DNA of 64,000 nucleotides, from NCBI GenBank assembly GCA_963746845.1, contig CAVVCZ010000005.1, forward strand, positions 416,001 through 480,000. The letters are read 5' to 3'. The notes under the pieces are model-generated. The model ran no database searches, was not told the DNA's origin, and saw nothing but the letters and a program-made list of their open reading frames with translations. This document shows, in pieces, positions 27,440 to 37,557 of this stretch. Position 1 is the first letter of the stretch, and each line of letters begins with the position of its first letter. The position numbers and the translations under genes were made by a program. This stretch comes from an uncultured Chloroflexia bacterium (GTDB taxonomy: Bacteria; Chloroflexota; Limnocylindria; Limnocylindrales; CSP1-4).

Positions 27440-28957
27440 TCAGTCGGCGGACAGGTCGAACCAGGTCGTCTTCAGCTGCGTGTAGCCGTCCAGCGCGGCG
27501 AGGCCCTTGTCCCGGCCGAACCCCGACTGCTTGAAGCCACCGAACGGGACAGTGATGTCGGCGCTGTCGAACGTGTTGACCCAGACAACCCCGGCCCGGA
27601 TCGCCCGCGACAGGCGATGGGCGCGGTTGACGTCGCGGGTCCAGAGCCCGGCGGCCAGCCCGTACGGCGTGTCGTTCGCGATCGCCAGCGCGTCGGCCTC
27701 GTCCTCGAACTCGGTGACCGTCAGGACGGGCCCGAAGATCTCCTCGCGGGCCACGCGCCAGCCGTTGTCGACCCCGTCGAGGATCGTCGGCGGCACGTAG
27801 AACCCCCCGGTCTCCGCGCGGACGCGCTCGCCGCCGGCGACCAGCCGGGCGCCCTCCTCCTGCCCGAGCCGGACATACCCGAGCACCCGGTCCAGCTGGC
27901 GCTCGTCCACCAGCGAGCCGAGCAGCGTCGACGGGTCCAGCGGCTCGGCCGGCGTCAGCTTCCGCCCCAGCTCCGCGATCCGCTCGACCAGCTCCTCGCG
28001 GACGGATCGGTGGACGATCAGTCGCGAGCCGGCGTTGCAGGTCTGGCCCGCGTTGTAGAAGATCCCCCACCCGATCGTCGAGGCAGCCGCGGCGACGTCG
28101 CCGACGTCCGCGAGCACGATCTGCGGGCTCTTCCCGCCGAGCTCGAGGGAGACCGCCTTCACGTCCGTCTCGCCGATGGCGCGCAGGAGGGACTTCCCGA
28201 CCTCGGTCGACCCGGTGAACGCGACCTTGTCGACGCCGGGATGACGGGCGAGGGCGCCGCCCACCACGGCCCCGGGTCCCGGCACGACGTTCAGGACGCC
28301 GTCCGGGAGCCCCGACTCGGCCGCCAGCTCCGCGAGACGCAGCGCCGTCAGGGGCGACTGCGACGCGGGCTTCAGCACGACCGAGTTCCCGGTCGCGAGC
28401 GCCGCGCCGATCTTCCAGGCCGTGATGATCAGCGGATAGTTCCAGGGAACGATCGCCGCCACCACCCCGATCGGCTCGCGGGTCACGAGCGACAATGCGC
28501 CCGGCCCGGTCGGCCCGATCTCGCCGTAGACCTTGTCGATCGTCTCGGCATACCACTGGATCGTCTTCGCGGCGCTCGGGACGTCGACGGCGAGCGTGTC
28601 CCGGATCGGCTTGCCGACATCGAGCGACTCGAGGAGCGCCAGCTCGTCGCGGGCGGTGCGGATCCGCTCGGCGAAGGCGAGCAGCACGCGCTTGCGGTCG
28701 GCGGGCGACCGGTCGGCCCAGCGTCGGTCGTCGAACGATCGGCGGGCGGCGTCCACGGCCCGCGAGACGTCCTCGGCGTCCCCTTCGGCGACCTGCGCGA
28801 TCGTGGAGCCGTCGCGGCCGGCGATGTCGGTGGACGTTCGGCCGGACGCAGCCGGCACGAACCGGCCGTCGATGAAGGCCTCGGTCCGCGGCTCGATGGC
28901 GGCCGCACGTCCCAGCCAGTCGTCGAGGGTCGCGCGCGGCTCGCGCGTCGCCGTCAC
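27440..28957 (-). CDS. NAD-dependent aldehyde dehydrogenase (PuuC/betaine aldehyde dehydrogenase-like)
   Basis: PWNYP, FTGST, LELGGKSP, GQTCNAGSR, EEIFGPV, PFGGFKQSG; GTGA-coupled start. Confidence 0.95.
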   Translation of the reverse strand: MTATREPRATLDDWLGRAAAIEPRTEAFIDGRFVPAASGRTSTDIAGRDGSTIAQVAEGDAEDVSRAVDAARRSFDDRRWADRSPADRKRVLLAFAERIRTARDELALLESLDVGKPIRDTLAVDVPSAAKTIQWYAETIDKVYGEIGPTGPGALSLVTREPIGVVAAIVPWNYPLIITAWKIGAALATGNSVVLKPASQSPLTALRLAELAAESGLPDGVLNVVPGPGAVVGGALARHPGVDKVAFTGSTEVGKSLLRAIGETDVKAVSLELGGKSPQIVLADVGDVAAAASTIGWGIFYNAGQTCNAGSRLIVHRSVREELVERIAELGRKLTPAEPLDPSTLLGSLVDERQLDRVLGYVRLGQEEGARLVAGGERVRAETGGFYVPPTILDGVDNGWRVAREEIFGPVLTVTEFEDEADALAIANDTPYGLAAGLWTRDVNRAHRLSRAIRAGVVWVNTFDSADITVPFGGFKQSGFGRDKGLAALDGYTQLKTTWFDLSAD

Positions 28958-30063
28958 GCCGCGTACCGCCGGATCGCAACGTCGTCCAGGACGATCCCGA
29001 GGCCGGGCCGATCCGGGACGCGAAGCACCCCGTCGGGCCCGGGCCGCACGGGCTCGGCGAGGACCGCGTCCCGTCGATCCGGCGTCCAGCCGGGTGGGTC
29101 GTAGGGAAACTCCAGCCATGGCCCGCCGCCGACGCCGGCGGCCACCTGCAGGTTCGCCAGCAGACCGATCCCGTTCGTCCATGTGTGTGGCGTGAACCAG
29201 CGATTGCGGGCGAGGGCGACCTCGGCGATCGTCCGCGTCCGGAGCATGCCGGCGGCGAGGACGACGTCCGGCTGGTAGACATCGAACGCGTCGGCGTCGA
29301 GGGCCGCGAGGCCCTCCGCGAACGTCCGGGTCATCTCGCCGCCGGCGATCCGGATGCCGAGGTTGGCCGCGCGCAGCGATGCGAGGCCGCGGAGGTCCGT
29401 CCCGGCCAGCGGCTCCTCGAGCCACACGACGTCGAGCTCGGCAAGCTGGGCGGCGATCCGCCGGGCCGCGTCGACGTCGATCGACGGTGACACGTCGCCG
29501 GCCATCCGCCAGCCCTGGTTGAGGTCGACCATGATCGCCATCGTGTCCTCGATCGCGTGACGCGTCGCGGTGACGGCCGCCAGGCCCTCGTCCAGCCGGC
29601 GTGGATCGACCCGGATCTTGAGGGCCGTGAAGCCCTCCTCGCGGAAGCGCACGGCCGACTCCGCACGGGCCGCCGGCGACAGGTGCATGCCACACGAGGC
29701 ATACGCCGGGATGCCGTCGAGCGCGCCGCCGAACAGGGTCGCGACGGGCAGCCCCGCGACCTGCCCGGCGATGTCCCAGAGGGCAACTTCCAGCGGCCAG
29801 TAGCGACCGGCGTGGAAGTCGATCGTCTCGAGGGCGCGGACGTGGCGGGCGATCGCCAGCGGGTCCCCCCCGATGAACAGGTGCTCGAATGCCTCGAACC
29901 CGTCCATCGTGTCGCCGGACCCGACCCCCACGACCCCCTCGTCCGTCTCCACGCGGACGAGCGTGACCGGGAACCGCGTCCGCGGCACGGGGTCCCAGGC
30001 CGCCGGAAACGGCGGATCGAGCGGGACGACGAGCCGGTCGAGACGGATTCCCGTGATGCGCAT
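28954..30063 (-). CDS. Enolase superfamily (mandelate racemase/muconate lactonizing enzyme family) protein
   Basis: ALWDIAGQ, KIR, VDLNQ, WLEEP, GGE, QPD, PHTW. Confidence 0.92.
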   Translation of the reverse strand: MRITGIRLDRLVVPLDPPFPAAWDPVPRTRFPVTLVRVETDEGVVGVGSGDTMDGFEAFEHLFIGGDPLAIARHVRALETIDFHAGRYWPLEVALWDIAGQVAGLPVATLFGGALDGIPAYASCGMHLSPAARAESAVRFREEGFTALKIRVDPRRLDEGLAAVTATRHAIEDTMAIMVDLNQGWRMAGDVSPSIDVDAARRIAAQLAELDVVWLEEPLAGTDLRGLASLRAANLGIRIAGGEMTRTFAEGLAALDADAFDVYQPDVVLAAGMLRTRTIAEVALARNRWFTPHTWTNGIGLLANLQVAAGVGGGPWLEFPYDPPGWTPDRRDAVLAEPVRPGPDGVLRVPDRPGLGIVLDDVAIRRYAA

Positions 30064-30160
30064 GTGCGGCCAGTATCGCCGACCCCGGACGGGATGCGGT
30101 ACTGTCGGCTCTCCATCGTTCACCGGCAGGTGCCAGCCCCGGAGGAGCGTCGCTGGTCCG

Positions 30161-31429
30161 ATGACCACCACCCAGCACCAGGCCGCGGTCGTCGAGTTCG
30201 ACCACGTCACGAAGCACTACGACGCTCCGACCGGCAAGGGTCCGAAGCGGCCGACCCCCGGCGCGGTCAACGACCTGTCGCTGCACGTCCCGGCCGGCAA
30301 GATCTGCATCCTCGTCGGGCCGTCCGGGTGCGGCAAGACCACCTCCCTGAAGATGGTCAACCGCCTGATCGAGCCGACCTCGGGGAAGATCCTCATCGAC
30401 GGGTTCGACGCGGGGACGCGCGAGCTGACCGACCTTCGCCGGAGCATCGGCTACGTGATCCAGCAGGTCGGCCTGTTCCCGCACCAGACGATCGGCGAGA
30501 ACGTCGCGACCGTGCCCCGCCTGATCGGCTGGCCGAAGGCGCGCCAGCGGGAACGATCCGAGGAGCTGCTCGGCCTGGTCGGGCTGGACCCGGCGAAGTA
30601 CCGGGATCGGTTCCCGAGCCAGCTGTCCGGGGGCGAGCGACAGCGCGTCGGCGTGGCCCGGGCGCTGGCGGCGGACCCGCCGATCATGCTCATGGACGAG
30701 CCCTTCGGCGCGGTCGACCCGATCGTCCGAGACCGGCTCCAGAACGAGTTCCTGCGGCTCCAGGAGACGATCGCCAAGACGATCCTGTTCGTGACCCACG
30801 ACATCGACGAGGCGATCAAGATGGGCGACCTCGTCGCCGTCTTCCAGACCGGTGGGATCCTCGCCCAGTTCGGGACGCCGCTCGAGATCCTGTCGAGCCC
30901 GGCGTCGGAGTTCGTGGCGCGGTTCGTCGGGCAGGACCGGGGCCTCAAGCGTCTATCCCTGCTGCGAGTCTCGGACGTCGATCTGCGCGCACCGTCGATC
31001 GTCCGGGTCGGTGACTCGGCGGCCGACGCTCGACGGGTCGCGGCGGCCGACCCGCAGCGCTATGTCCTCGTCGTCGACGACGCCGGACGCCCGATCGGCT
31101 GGATCGCCCACGACGAGCTGCCGACGGAGGGCACGCTCACCGCCGAGATGCCGAACCCGGTGTCGCCGACGGTGAACCGCCGGACCACGCTCAAGGACGC
31201 GCTGTCGATGATGCTCGACGCTGATGTCCAGACCGGGATCGTCGTCGACCGGACCGGAGCGGTCCAGGGCCTCCTCACCCTCGGCGCGGTCGCCGAGAAG
31301 ATGCGGGAGGGCGAGCACACGCCGTCGTACGACGATCTTGACACCATCGCGGCGGCCGGCCACGAGCCTGCGCCGGGCGACGCCGATCTCGCCACCGCGG
31401 CGTCCGGGACATCGACCCCGGCGAGCTGA
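30161..31429 (+). CDS. Osmoprotectant (glycine betaine/choline) ABC transporter ATP-binding subunit with CBS domains
   Basis: GPSGCGKT, LSGGERQR, MDEPFGAVDP, C-terminal CBS pair; OpuCA-like. Confidence 0.93.
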   Translation: MTTTQHQAAVVEFDHVTKHYDAPTGKGPKRPTPGAVNDLSLHVPAGKICILVGPSGCGKTTSLKMVNRLIEPTSGKILIDGFDAGTRELTDLRRSIGYVIQQVGLFPHQTIGENVATVPRLIGWPKARQRERSEELLGLVGLDPAKYRDRFPSQLSGGERQRVGVARALAADPPIMLMDEPFGAVDPIVRDRLQNEFLRLQETIAKTILFVTHDIDEAIKMGDLVAVFQTGGILAQFGTPLEILSSPASEFVARFVGQDRGLKRLSLLRVSDVDLRAPSIVRVGDSAADARRVAAADPQRYVLVVDDAGRPIGWIAHDELPTEGTLTAEMPNPVSPTVNRRTTLKDALSMMLDADVQTGIVVDRTGAVQGLLTLGAVAEKMREGEHTPSYDDLDTIAAAGHEPAPGDADLATAASGTSTPAS

Positions 31430-31432
31430 GCG

Positions 31433-32095
31433 ATGGACATCTCGATCGACTGGAACTGGGTGTTCAGCCACTTCGGCGCGATGTGGACCCGCTTCACCCA
31501 GCACCTCCAGCTGGTCGTCATCAGCGTCGTCGCGGGGTTCATCATCGCCCTCGCGCTCGCGGTCTGGTCGTATCGGAGGCCGACGGTCTACGGCCCGATC
31601 ACCGCGTTGACCGGCCTCCTCTACACGATCCCGAGCCTCGCGGCGTTCGCCCTGCTCCGGCCGATCACGGGCCTGACCTTGCTGACCGCCCTGATTCCCC
31701 TGACCACGTACACGCTGCTGATCCTTGTGCGCTCCAACGTCGCCGGGTTCCACTCGGTCCCCGCCGAGGTTCTCGAGGCGGCGGAGGGCATGGGCTACAC
31801 GCGCAGACAGCGGCTCCTGCGCGTGGAGCTGCCGCTCGCGGTCCCGTTGATCATGGCCGGGATCCGGCTCGCGACCGTGACCACCATCGGCCTCGCCACC
31901 GTCGCCTCGATCCTGGGCGAGACGTTCGGCGGGTTCGGCTTCTTCATCACCGAGGGCCTGAACCAGTTCTTCCTGACGGAGGTCTACGTCGGCGCGGTGC
32001 TGTCGATCATGTTCGCCTTCGCCGCGGATGCACTGCTCGTCCGGATCGAGCGGTTCGTGACCCCATGGGCGCGAGCTCGCGCGGAGACCGCCTGA
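31433..32095 (+). CDS. Osmoprotectant ABC transporter permease
   Basis: YTIPSLA, EAA.GMG...VELPLA. Confidence 0.92.
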   Translation: MDISIDWNWVFSHFGAMWTRFTQHLQLVVISVVAGFIIALALAVWSYRRPTVYGPITALTGLLYTIPSLAAFALLRPITGLTLLTALIPLTTYTLLILVRSNVAGFHSVPAEVLEAAEGMGYTRRQRLLRVELPLAVPLIMAGIRLATVTTIGLATVASILGETFGGFGFFITEGLNQFFLTEVYVGAVLSIMFAFAADALLVRIERFVTPWARARAETA

Positions 32096-32829
32096 TGGAC
32101 GTCATCAACTGGTTCCTGGACCCGGCCAACATCTCCGGGCCGACCGGCTACGTCCAGCGCCTCCTCGAGCACGTCGTGCTGTCGGCCGCCGCCCTGCTGA
32201 CCGCGACGGTCATCGCCCTCCCGGCCGGGCTCTACATCGGCCACACGCGGCGGTTCGCCAACACCGCGATCAACATCGCGAACATCGGCCGCGCCCTGCC
32301 GTCGTATGCCCTCGTCGTGATGATCCTGCCGATCTCGTTGACGCTCAGCCCGGAGTACGGGCTCGATCCGATCCCGACCTTCGTGGCCATGACGCTCCTC
32401 GCGATCCCGGCAATCCTGATCGGCGCCTACGCGGGGTTGCGGTCGGTCGATCGCGACCTGCTGGAGGCGGGGCGCGGGATGGGACTCCGGGAGCGCCAGA
32501 TCCTGACGAACCTCGAGCTGCCAATCGCCTCGCCGGTGATCGTCGGCGGCTTCCGGACCGCGACCCTCCAGGTCATCGCCACCGCGACGATCGGGGCGAT
32601 CGTCTCCGGCGGCGGGCTTGGCAGGTTCATCGTGGACGGGATCCACAACCAGGACTTCACGATGGTGATCGCCGGCGTCATCCTGGTCGCGACGCTGGCG
32701 ATCTTCGCGGACATCCTTCTAGCCATCGTCCAACGGCGCCTGACACCGCGCGGGCTTCGCGTGGAGGCCGCGAGCCGGAACGAGCCGCCGGACGTGGCGC
32801 CGCCGATGCCGGAGCCGGCCCGCGCCTGA
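32095..32829 (+). CDS. Osmoprotectant ABC transporter permease
   Basis: TGATG overlap; RALPS, EAGRGMG...LELPIA, GGLGRFI. Confidence 0.92.
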   Translation: MDVINWFLDPANISGPTGYVQRLLEHVVLSAAALLTATVIALPAGLYIGHTRRFANTAINIANIGRALPSYALVVMILPISLTLSPEYGLDPIPTFVAMTLLAIPAILIGAYAGLRSVDRDLLEAGRGMGLRERQILTNLELPIASPVIVGGFRTATLQVIATATIGAIVSGGGLGRFIVDGIHNQDFTMVIAGVILVATLAIFADILLAIVQRRLTPRGLRVEAASRNEPPDVAPPMPEPARA

Positions 32830-32938
32830 CGGCCGTGATCGGCCCGAACCATTCATGACGGGGATCGGCAACGATGCTGGTACCCTAGCCGCTCTTCGGC
32901 GCGTGGGCGCCGAGGTTGGACAGAGGAGGAAGTTACCC

Positions 32939-33952
32939 ATGCGGTTGAACCGCACGCTCGCCCTTGGGGCGTCCATGCTGGTGCTGCTCGGCGCCTGCTC
33001 GACGGGTGGGGGCAGCACGCCGTCCCCGTCGACCCCGGCCGCGTCGGCGCCAGCCTCGGCTCCGGCATCGGCTCCCGCGGAATCGCCCGCGGCTTCCCCG
33101 TCCGCTGCCGCGGCGCTGACCCCGGCGGACATCAAGATCGGCTCGGATGACTTCTACGAGTCGTCCGTCGTCGCCGAGATGTGGGCCCAGGTGCTCGAGA
33201 AGAACGGCTTCAAGGTCGATCGGCACTTCAATATCGGCGCCCGCCAGGTCCGCCAGCCGGCCCTGGAGCAGGGCCAGATCGACCTGGTCCCTGAGTACGT
33301 CGGCTCCGGCCTCAACTACTACAAGGGCACCGCGACCGGCGACGGTGAGGGGAACCGCACAGCGCTGCAGGCGATCATCACCGGCAAGGGCGGCGGCCTG
33401 ACGCTGTTCAACATCAGCCCCGGCCAGGACCAGAACGCATTCGTCGTCCGCGCCGACACCGCGACCGCCGACAACCTGTCGAAGATCAGCGATCTCCTGC
33501 CGAAGCAGGCGAACTACAAGTGGGGCCTGCCGGCGGACTGCGACACGAACCCGTCGTGCTCCGGCGCGCTGAAGGACGGCTACGGCTTCACCTATCCACC
33601 GGCCAACCGCAAGGCGCTCGACGCCTGCTCCGCGCCGATGGCCCAGGCGCTCCAGGGCAAGGCGATCGACATCGCGGAGCTCTGCTCGACCCAGCCGGCG
33701 ATCGCGCAGTTCGGCTTCAAGCTGCTCGACGACGACAAGAAGACCCAGGGGGCCGAGAACCTCGCCGCCGAGGTCCGGAACGACTACCTGGCCAAGGTCG
33801 GCAATCCAACCGCCTTCCAGGCGCTCATCGACGCCGTCAGCGCCAAGCTGACGACCGAGGAGCTGACGAAGATCGGCGTCTCGATCCAGGTCGATCACAA
33901 GGACATCCCGGCTGTCGCCACGGATTGGCTCAAGGCGAACGGCCTGCTCTAG
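32939..33952 (+). CDS. Osmoprotectant ABC transporter substrate-binding lipoprotein
   Basis: GAGGAGG RBS, lipobox LGAC, IGSDDFYES, IDLVPEYVG, LLDDDK. Confidence 0.9.
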   Translation: MRLNRTLALGASMLVLLGACSTGGGSTPSPSTPAASAPASAPASAPAESPAASPSAAAALTPADIKIGSDDFYESSVVAEMWAQVLEKNGFKVDRHFNIGARQVRQPALEQGQIDLVPEYVGSGLNYYKGTATGDGEGNRTALQAIITGKGGGLTLFNISPGQDQNAFVVRADTATADNLSKISDLLPKQANYKWGLPADCDTNPSCSGALKDGYGFTYPPANRKALDACSAPMAQALQGKAIDIAELCSTQPAIAQFGFKLLDDDKKTQGAENLAAEVRNDYLAKVGNPTAFQALIDAVSAKLTTEELTKIGVSIQVDHKDIPAVATDWLKANGLL

Positions 33953-33970
33953 CACCATCAAGTCACTGAT

Positions 33971-34001
33971 CGAAGCCCGCCCGGTCCCCGGGCGGGCTTC
34001 G
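33971..34001 (+). terminator. Hairpin terminator after the ABC transporter operon
   Basis: 14-bp stem CGAAGCCCGCCCGG / CCGGGCGGGCTTCG; weak U-tract. Confidence 0.7.
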
Positions 34002-34128
34002 TGCTGTCCCGGCACCGGGATGGTTCGCCAAAGATGTCGCGTTCGGGCCGGCGTCCGTGAGACGATCGGGGCCCGGTCGCTCATCCGCGGGCACGCCGGG
34101 GACGAAGAACGATGCATGGGGGACCGCC

Positions 34129-34941
34129 TTGCGCGCCGAGCTTGATCGATCGACCGCCCGCGACCGACCGCCCGAGGAGGCGGCCGAGGACACCTCGTTC
34201 GCCCGCGGCCTGCGCGTCCTGCTGACGGTCGCCGACCGGGGCGAGATCCGGGCCGACGAGCTGAGCGTGCTCCTCGAGACCCCGGTCTCGACGATCTACC
34301 GCTACCTCCGGACGCTCGCGTCGTTCGGCTTCGTCGATCGATCCGGGGCGGGCTACCGGCTCGGGCCGCGGCTGATCATCGGCAGCGGCGCGAACGTCAC
34401 GGCCGAGGAGCTGATCCGGACGGCCGCGCCGGTCCTCCGCCTGCTGGCCGAAGAGACCGGCGAGACCGCGGTGATCGTGCGTCGGATCGGGCTGGCGGCC
34501 GTCTGCCTCCACGAGATCCCGTCGCACCACGCCCTCCGGGTGACGGTCCCGGCGGAGACCTCGCTGCCGCTCGAGAGCGGTGCCCTCGGCAAGGCCCTGC
34601 TCGCCTTCGCCCCCGACGAGATCCTCGACGAGATCCTCGCCGGGGACACCGGCCGCGACCCGGCCCTGGACCAGGACCGCCTGCGGGCCGAGCTGGCCGA
34701 GGTCGTCACCAGCGGCGTTGCCCGATCGGTCGGTGAGGGCATGTCCGGCGCCGTGGCGATCGCGGTTCCCATATTCCGAGAGGACGGGATCGTCGCGGCG
34801 ATCGGAGTCGTCGGGCCGGAGTCCCGCTGCGGGCTGGCCTGGCGGACACGTGTCGCCCGGTTGCTGCCTGGCGCCGCGAGCTCGGTCGTCGGCGCGCTCG
34901 GACCGGGACTTTCGTCCGAGGACTCCCGCGATCCGGAATAG
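34129..34941 (+). CDS. IclR family transcriptional regulator
   Basis: RGLRVL...STIYRYL.TL...GFV, LAEETGET, GALGKALLA, AIAVPIF; start uncertain (34057-34129). Confidence 0.9.
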   Translation: MRAELDRSTARDRPPEEAAEDTSFARGLRVLLTVADRGEIRADELSVLLETPVSTIYRYLRTLASFGFVDRSGAGYRLGPRLIIGSGANVTAEELIRTAAPVLRLLAEETGETAVIVRRIGLAAVCLHEIPSHHALRVTVPAETSLPLESGALGKALLAFAPDEILDEILAGDTGRDPALDQDRLRAELAEVVTSGVARSVGEGMSGAVAIAVPIFREDGIVAAIGVVGPESRCGLAWRTRVARLLPGAASSVVGALGPGLSSEDSRDPE

Positions 34942-34946
34942 CTCGA

Positions 34947-34983
34947 TCTCAGTATTTGACAATCCGGTGATCGTCTCTATGCT
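34947..34983 (+). promoter_or_regulatory. Sigma70 promoter with an overlapping imperfect palindrome (possible IclR site)
   Basis: TTGACA-16 nt-TATGCT-8 nt-ATG; TCTCA-N5-TGACA overlaps the -35. Confidence 0.6.
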
Positions 34984-34991
34984 CCGCCTCG

Positions 34992-35504
34992 ATGGACGCG
35001 CTGCAGCGCCTCGGGCCGGTCTCGGTCGATTACGCGACCCTGCCGGTCGCCGACGCGTTCAACTGGGCCGACGGGGCGAGCGAGCTCGGCGACGGTGACT
35101 GGTATCTCGTCGCGTTCCGATCCGTCCGCCGACCCGGCGCGGACGAGGAGCGCCTCGCCACGTATGACGAGCTGGCCCACCAGGAGGCCGCGGGCTCGCC
35201 GGGCTTCGTCCACTACCTCAAGGGTCCGGCCGCAACCGACGGCAGCTGCATGTCGTTCTGCCTCTGGCAGAGCCGCGAGGACGCGCGGGCCGCGGCCCGG
35301 CAGCCGGCCCACGTCCAGGCGGTGAGCCTGCTCGACGAGATGTACGCGACATATACGCTCGAGTTCCACCACGTCCGGCGCCTGGCGGGCGGGCCGTTGA
35401 CGTTCGAGCCGTACCGGCCGCCGGCCCTCGTGATCGGCGATCCCGCGGAGCCGGCACCGGCCCAGCCCACGCCCGGCTTCTCGATCCGCCCCGCGATCTC
35501 CTGA
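34992..35504 (+). CDS. Hypothetical dimeric alpha/beta-barrel-like protein
   Basis: AH.EA..SPGF..Y..G, CLW.SR.DA..A...P.H pattern resembles ABM-like folds. Confidence 0.7.
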   Translation: MDALQRLGPVSVDYATLPVADAFNWADGASELGDGDWYLVAFRSVRRPGADEERLATYDELAHQEAAGSPGFVHYLKGPAATDGSCMSFCLWQSREDARAAARQPAHVQAVSLLDEMYATYTLEFHHVRRLAGGPLTFEPYRPPALVIGDPAEPAPAQPTPGFSIRPAIS

Positions 35505-36526
35505 ACGCGCCCCGCCGAGCAGCGGCGCTCGCGCCCGGCCTGATCGTCGCGGCCGTCGTGGCGGCGGTGGCCCGGTTCGCGACCGGGTTCCTGCCTCCGG
35601 TCATCTCCGAGGTCACCGTCGCGATCCTCATCGGCCTCGCCGTCGGGTGGCTCCCGATCGTGCGGGGTGCCGGTCTCGGACCCGGTCTGGCGTTCGCGGC
35701 GCAGCGCCTCCTCCGGCTCGGGATCGTCCTCCTCGGCGCGCGGCTCAGCATCCAGCAGGTTGTCGGCATCGGGCTGCCGGCCGCGGTCGTGATCGCGGTC
35801 ACGATGGCCGGCGCGCTGATCGTCGTCCTGCTGCTGTCGCGCATCGCCCGGATCGACGCCCGGCTGGCGACGCTCCTCGCGGTCGGGGCGGCGGTCTGCG
35901 GCAACTCGGCGGTCGTGGCGACCTCGCCGGTCATCTCGGCTCGCGCGCGCGACACGGCGTACGCGGTCGCGACGGTGACGCTGTTCGGGACGATCGCCGT
36001 GTTCGCCTATCCGCTGATCGGGCACACGCTGCGCCTGGGCGATGCCGCGTTCGGGCTGTGGTCCGGGATCGCGATCAACGACACGAGCCAGGTCGTCGCC
36101 GCGAGCTCCGCCTACTCGGCCGGAGCGTTCGAGGTCGCGACGGTCGTGAAGCTGATCCGGAACGCCCTGATGGCCCCACTGATCCTCGGGATCGCGTGGG
36201 TCTGGAGCCGCCGGACGGGCGAGGCCGGGGACACGCGGGTCGGTCTGCGACGCGCGATCCCGCTGTTCGTGTTCGGGTTCCTCGGGATGGCCGCCCTGAC
36301 GAGTATCGGCGTGATCGGACCGCAGGCGGCCCTCACGTTCGAGACGGTGGCGCGGATGCTGATCCTCGTCGCGCTCGCGGCGGTGGGCCTGAGCGTGCGG
36401 GTCGACGACCTCCGCTCGATGGGATCGCGGCCACTCCTCGTGGGTCTCGGCGCCGCGCTGATCATCGGGATCTCGACGCTCATCGCGATCCAGACGCTGA
36501 GGTTGGCCGCCGGCCTGACCGTCTGA
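35501..36526 (+). CDS. YeiH/putative sulfate exporter family transporter
   Basis: LLRLGIVLLG, G.AVCGNSA, G.W.G.AINDTSQV, VKLIRN; start either CTG 35501 or GTG 35558. Confidence 0.9.
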   Translation: MNAPRRAAALAPGLIVAAVVAAVARFATGFLPPVISEVTVAILIGLAVGWLPIVRGAGLGPGLAFAAQRLLRLGIVLLGARLSIQQVVGIGLPAAVVIAVTMAGALIVVLLLSRIARIDARLATLLAVGAAVCGNSAVVATSPVISARARDTAYAVATVTLFGTIAVFAYPLIGHTLRLGDAAFGLWSGIAINDTSQVVAASSAYSAGAFEVATVVKLIRNALMAPLILGIAWVWSRRTGEAGDTRVGLRRAIPLFVFGFLGMAALTSIGVIGPQAALTFETVARMLILVALAAVGLSVRVDDLRSMGSRPLLVGLGAALIIGISTLIAIQTLRLAAGLTV

Positions 36527-36527
36527 T

Positions 36528-37538
36528 TCAGCGGGGCTGGATCGCCTCCGCCGAGCCCGGCGCGGACGAAGGCGCGGTCACTGGCGTCTGTTGCCAGCCC
36601 AGCCGGATCAACGAGATCCCGCCGCCGACCGATGTCACGACGAGGATCGACACGTGGACGATCAGGGCGAGGGCGAACGCCTCGTCCCGTGGGATGCCGA
36701 TCGTCGCGCCGACGGCGACGGCGGCGAACTCGAACGTGCCGAGGTTCGCCGGGCCGGCCGGGACGGCGGCCGCGAGGGCAACGCCCGACGCGATCAGGGC
36801 CGCCTGGCCGATCGACAGCTGGATGCCGATGGCCTGCCCGGCGGCCGCGGCGGCGAGGATGGAGCACGACCACGAGAGCGAGCTGCAGGCGAACGCCTCA
36901 ACGAGGGTCCGCGGCCGGCCGGCGACGGCGAGCCCGTCCTGGAGCCGCCGGGCGAGCTCCTGGATCTTCGGCCAGCGCGCGGCGAGTGCCCGGAGGCGAT
37001 CGGCACCCGGCAGGCGGTGGGCCATGAGGCCGATCGCGAGGACGATCACGAAGAGGCCCGCCACGGCGAGACCCACGAGCACCATGCTCGAGAGGACGCC
37101 GCGGACGTTGAGGACGAGCAGGGAGACCGACGCGATCCCGACCACGGCAACGAGGTCGACGAACCGCTCCACGACGACGGTGCCGAGGGCGGATGTCCGG
37201 CTGATCCCCTCGCGATCTCCGAGGTAATGGCTCCGGACCAGCTCGCCCAGCCGGGCCGGCAGGACGTTGTTCATCAGGTAGCCGATGAGCAGGTATCCGA
37301 GCATGTGGAGGTACTTGACGGCTTTGATCGGCCGGACCAGACGCTGCCAGCGGAGGCCGCGGATCGCGAGGTCCAGGCAAAGGAACACCACGGTCACGAC
37401 GATCCAGCGCGGATCGGCCGAGCGCAGGACCTCGCCGACCTGCTTGAGGTCGACGCCGTACAGCACGAGGCCCAGGGCGACGAGGGAGATGATCCCGCCG
37501 AGCAGGGCCCTCGGCGCCGGACCGCGCAGCATGGTCAA
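36528..37538 (-). CDS. Lysylphosphatidylglycerol synthase TM-domain (flippase-like, UPF0104) protein
   Basis: [33 protein letters not shown]. Confidence 0.88.
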   Translation of the reverse strand: MTMLRGPAPRALLGGIISLVALGLVLYGVDLKQVGEVLRSADPRWIVVTVVFLCLDLAIRGLRWQRLVRPIKAVKYLHMLGYLLIGYLMNNVLPARLGELVRSHYLGDREGISRTSALGTVVVERFVDLVAVVGIASVSLLVLNVRGVLSSMVLVGLAVAGLFVIVLAIGLMAHRLPGADRLRALAARWPKIQELARRLQDGLAVAGRPRTLVEAFACSSLSWSCSILAAAAAGQAIGIQLSIGQAALIASGVALAAAVPAGPANLGTFEFAAVAVGATIGIPRDEAFALALIVHVSILVVTSVGGGISLIRLGWQQTPVTAPSSAPGSAEAIQPR

Positions 37539-37557
37539 GCTCGGAGACCTGCCGCGT

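Noticed and set aside
27440-30799. 1119-aa ALDH fusion in the ORF track
   Set aside because: Upstream part is an off-frame read through the racemase gene; ALDH starts at GTG 28957
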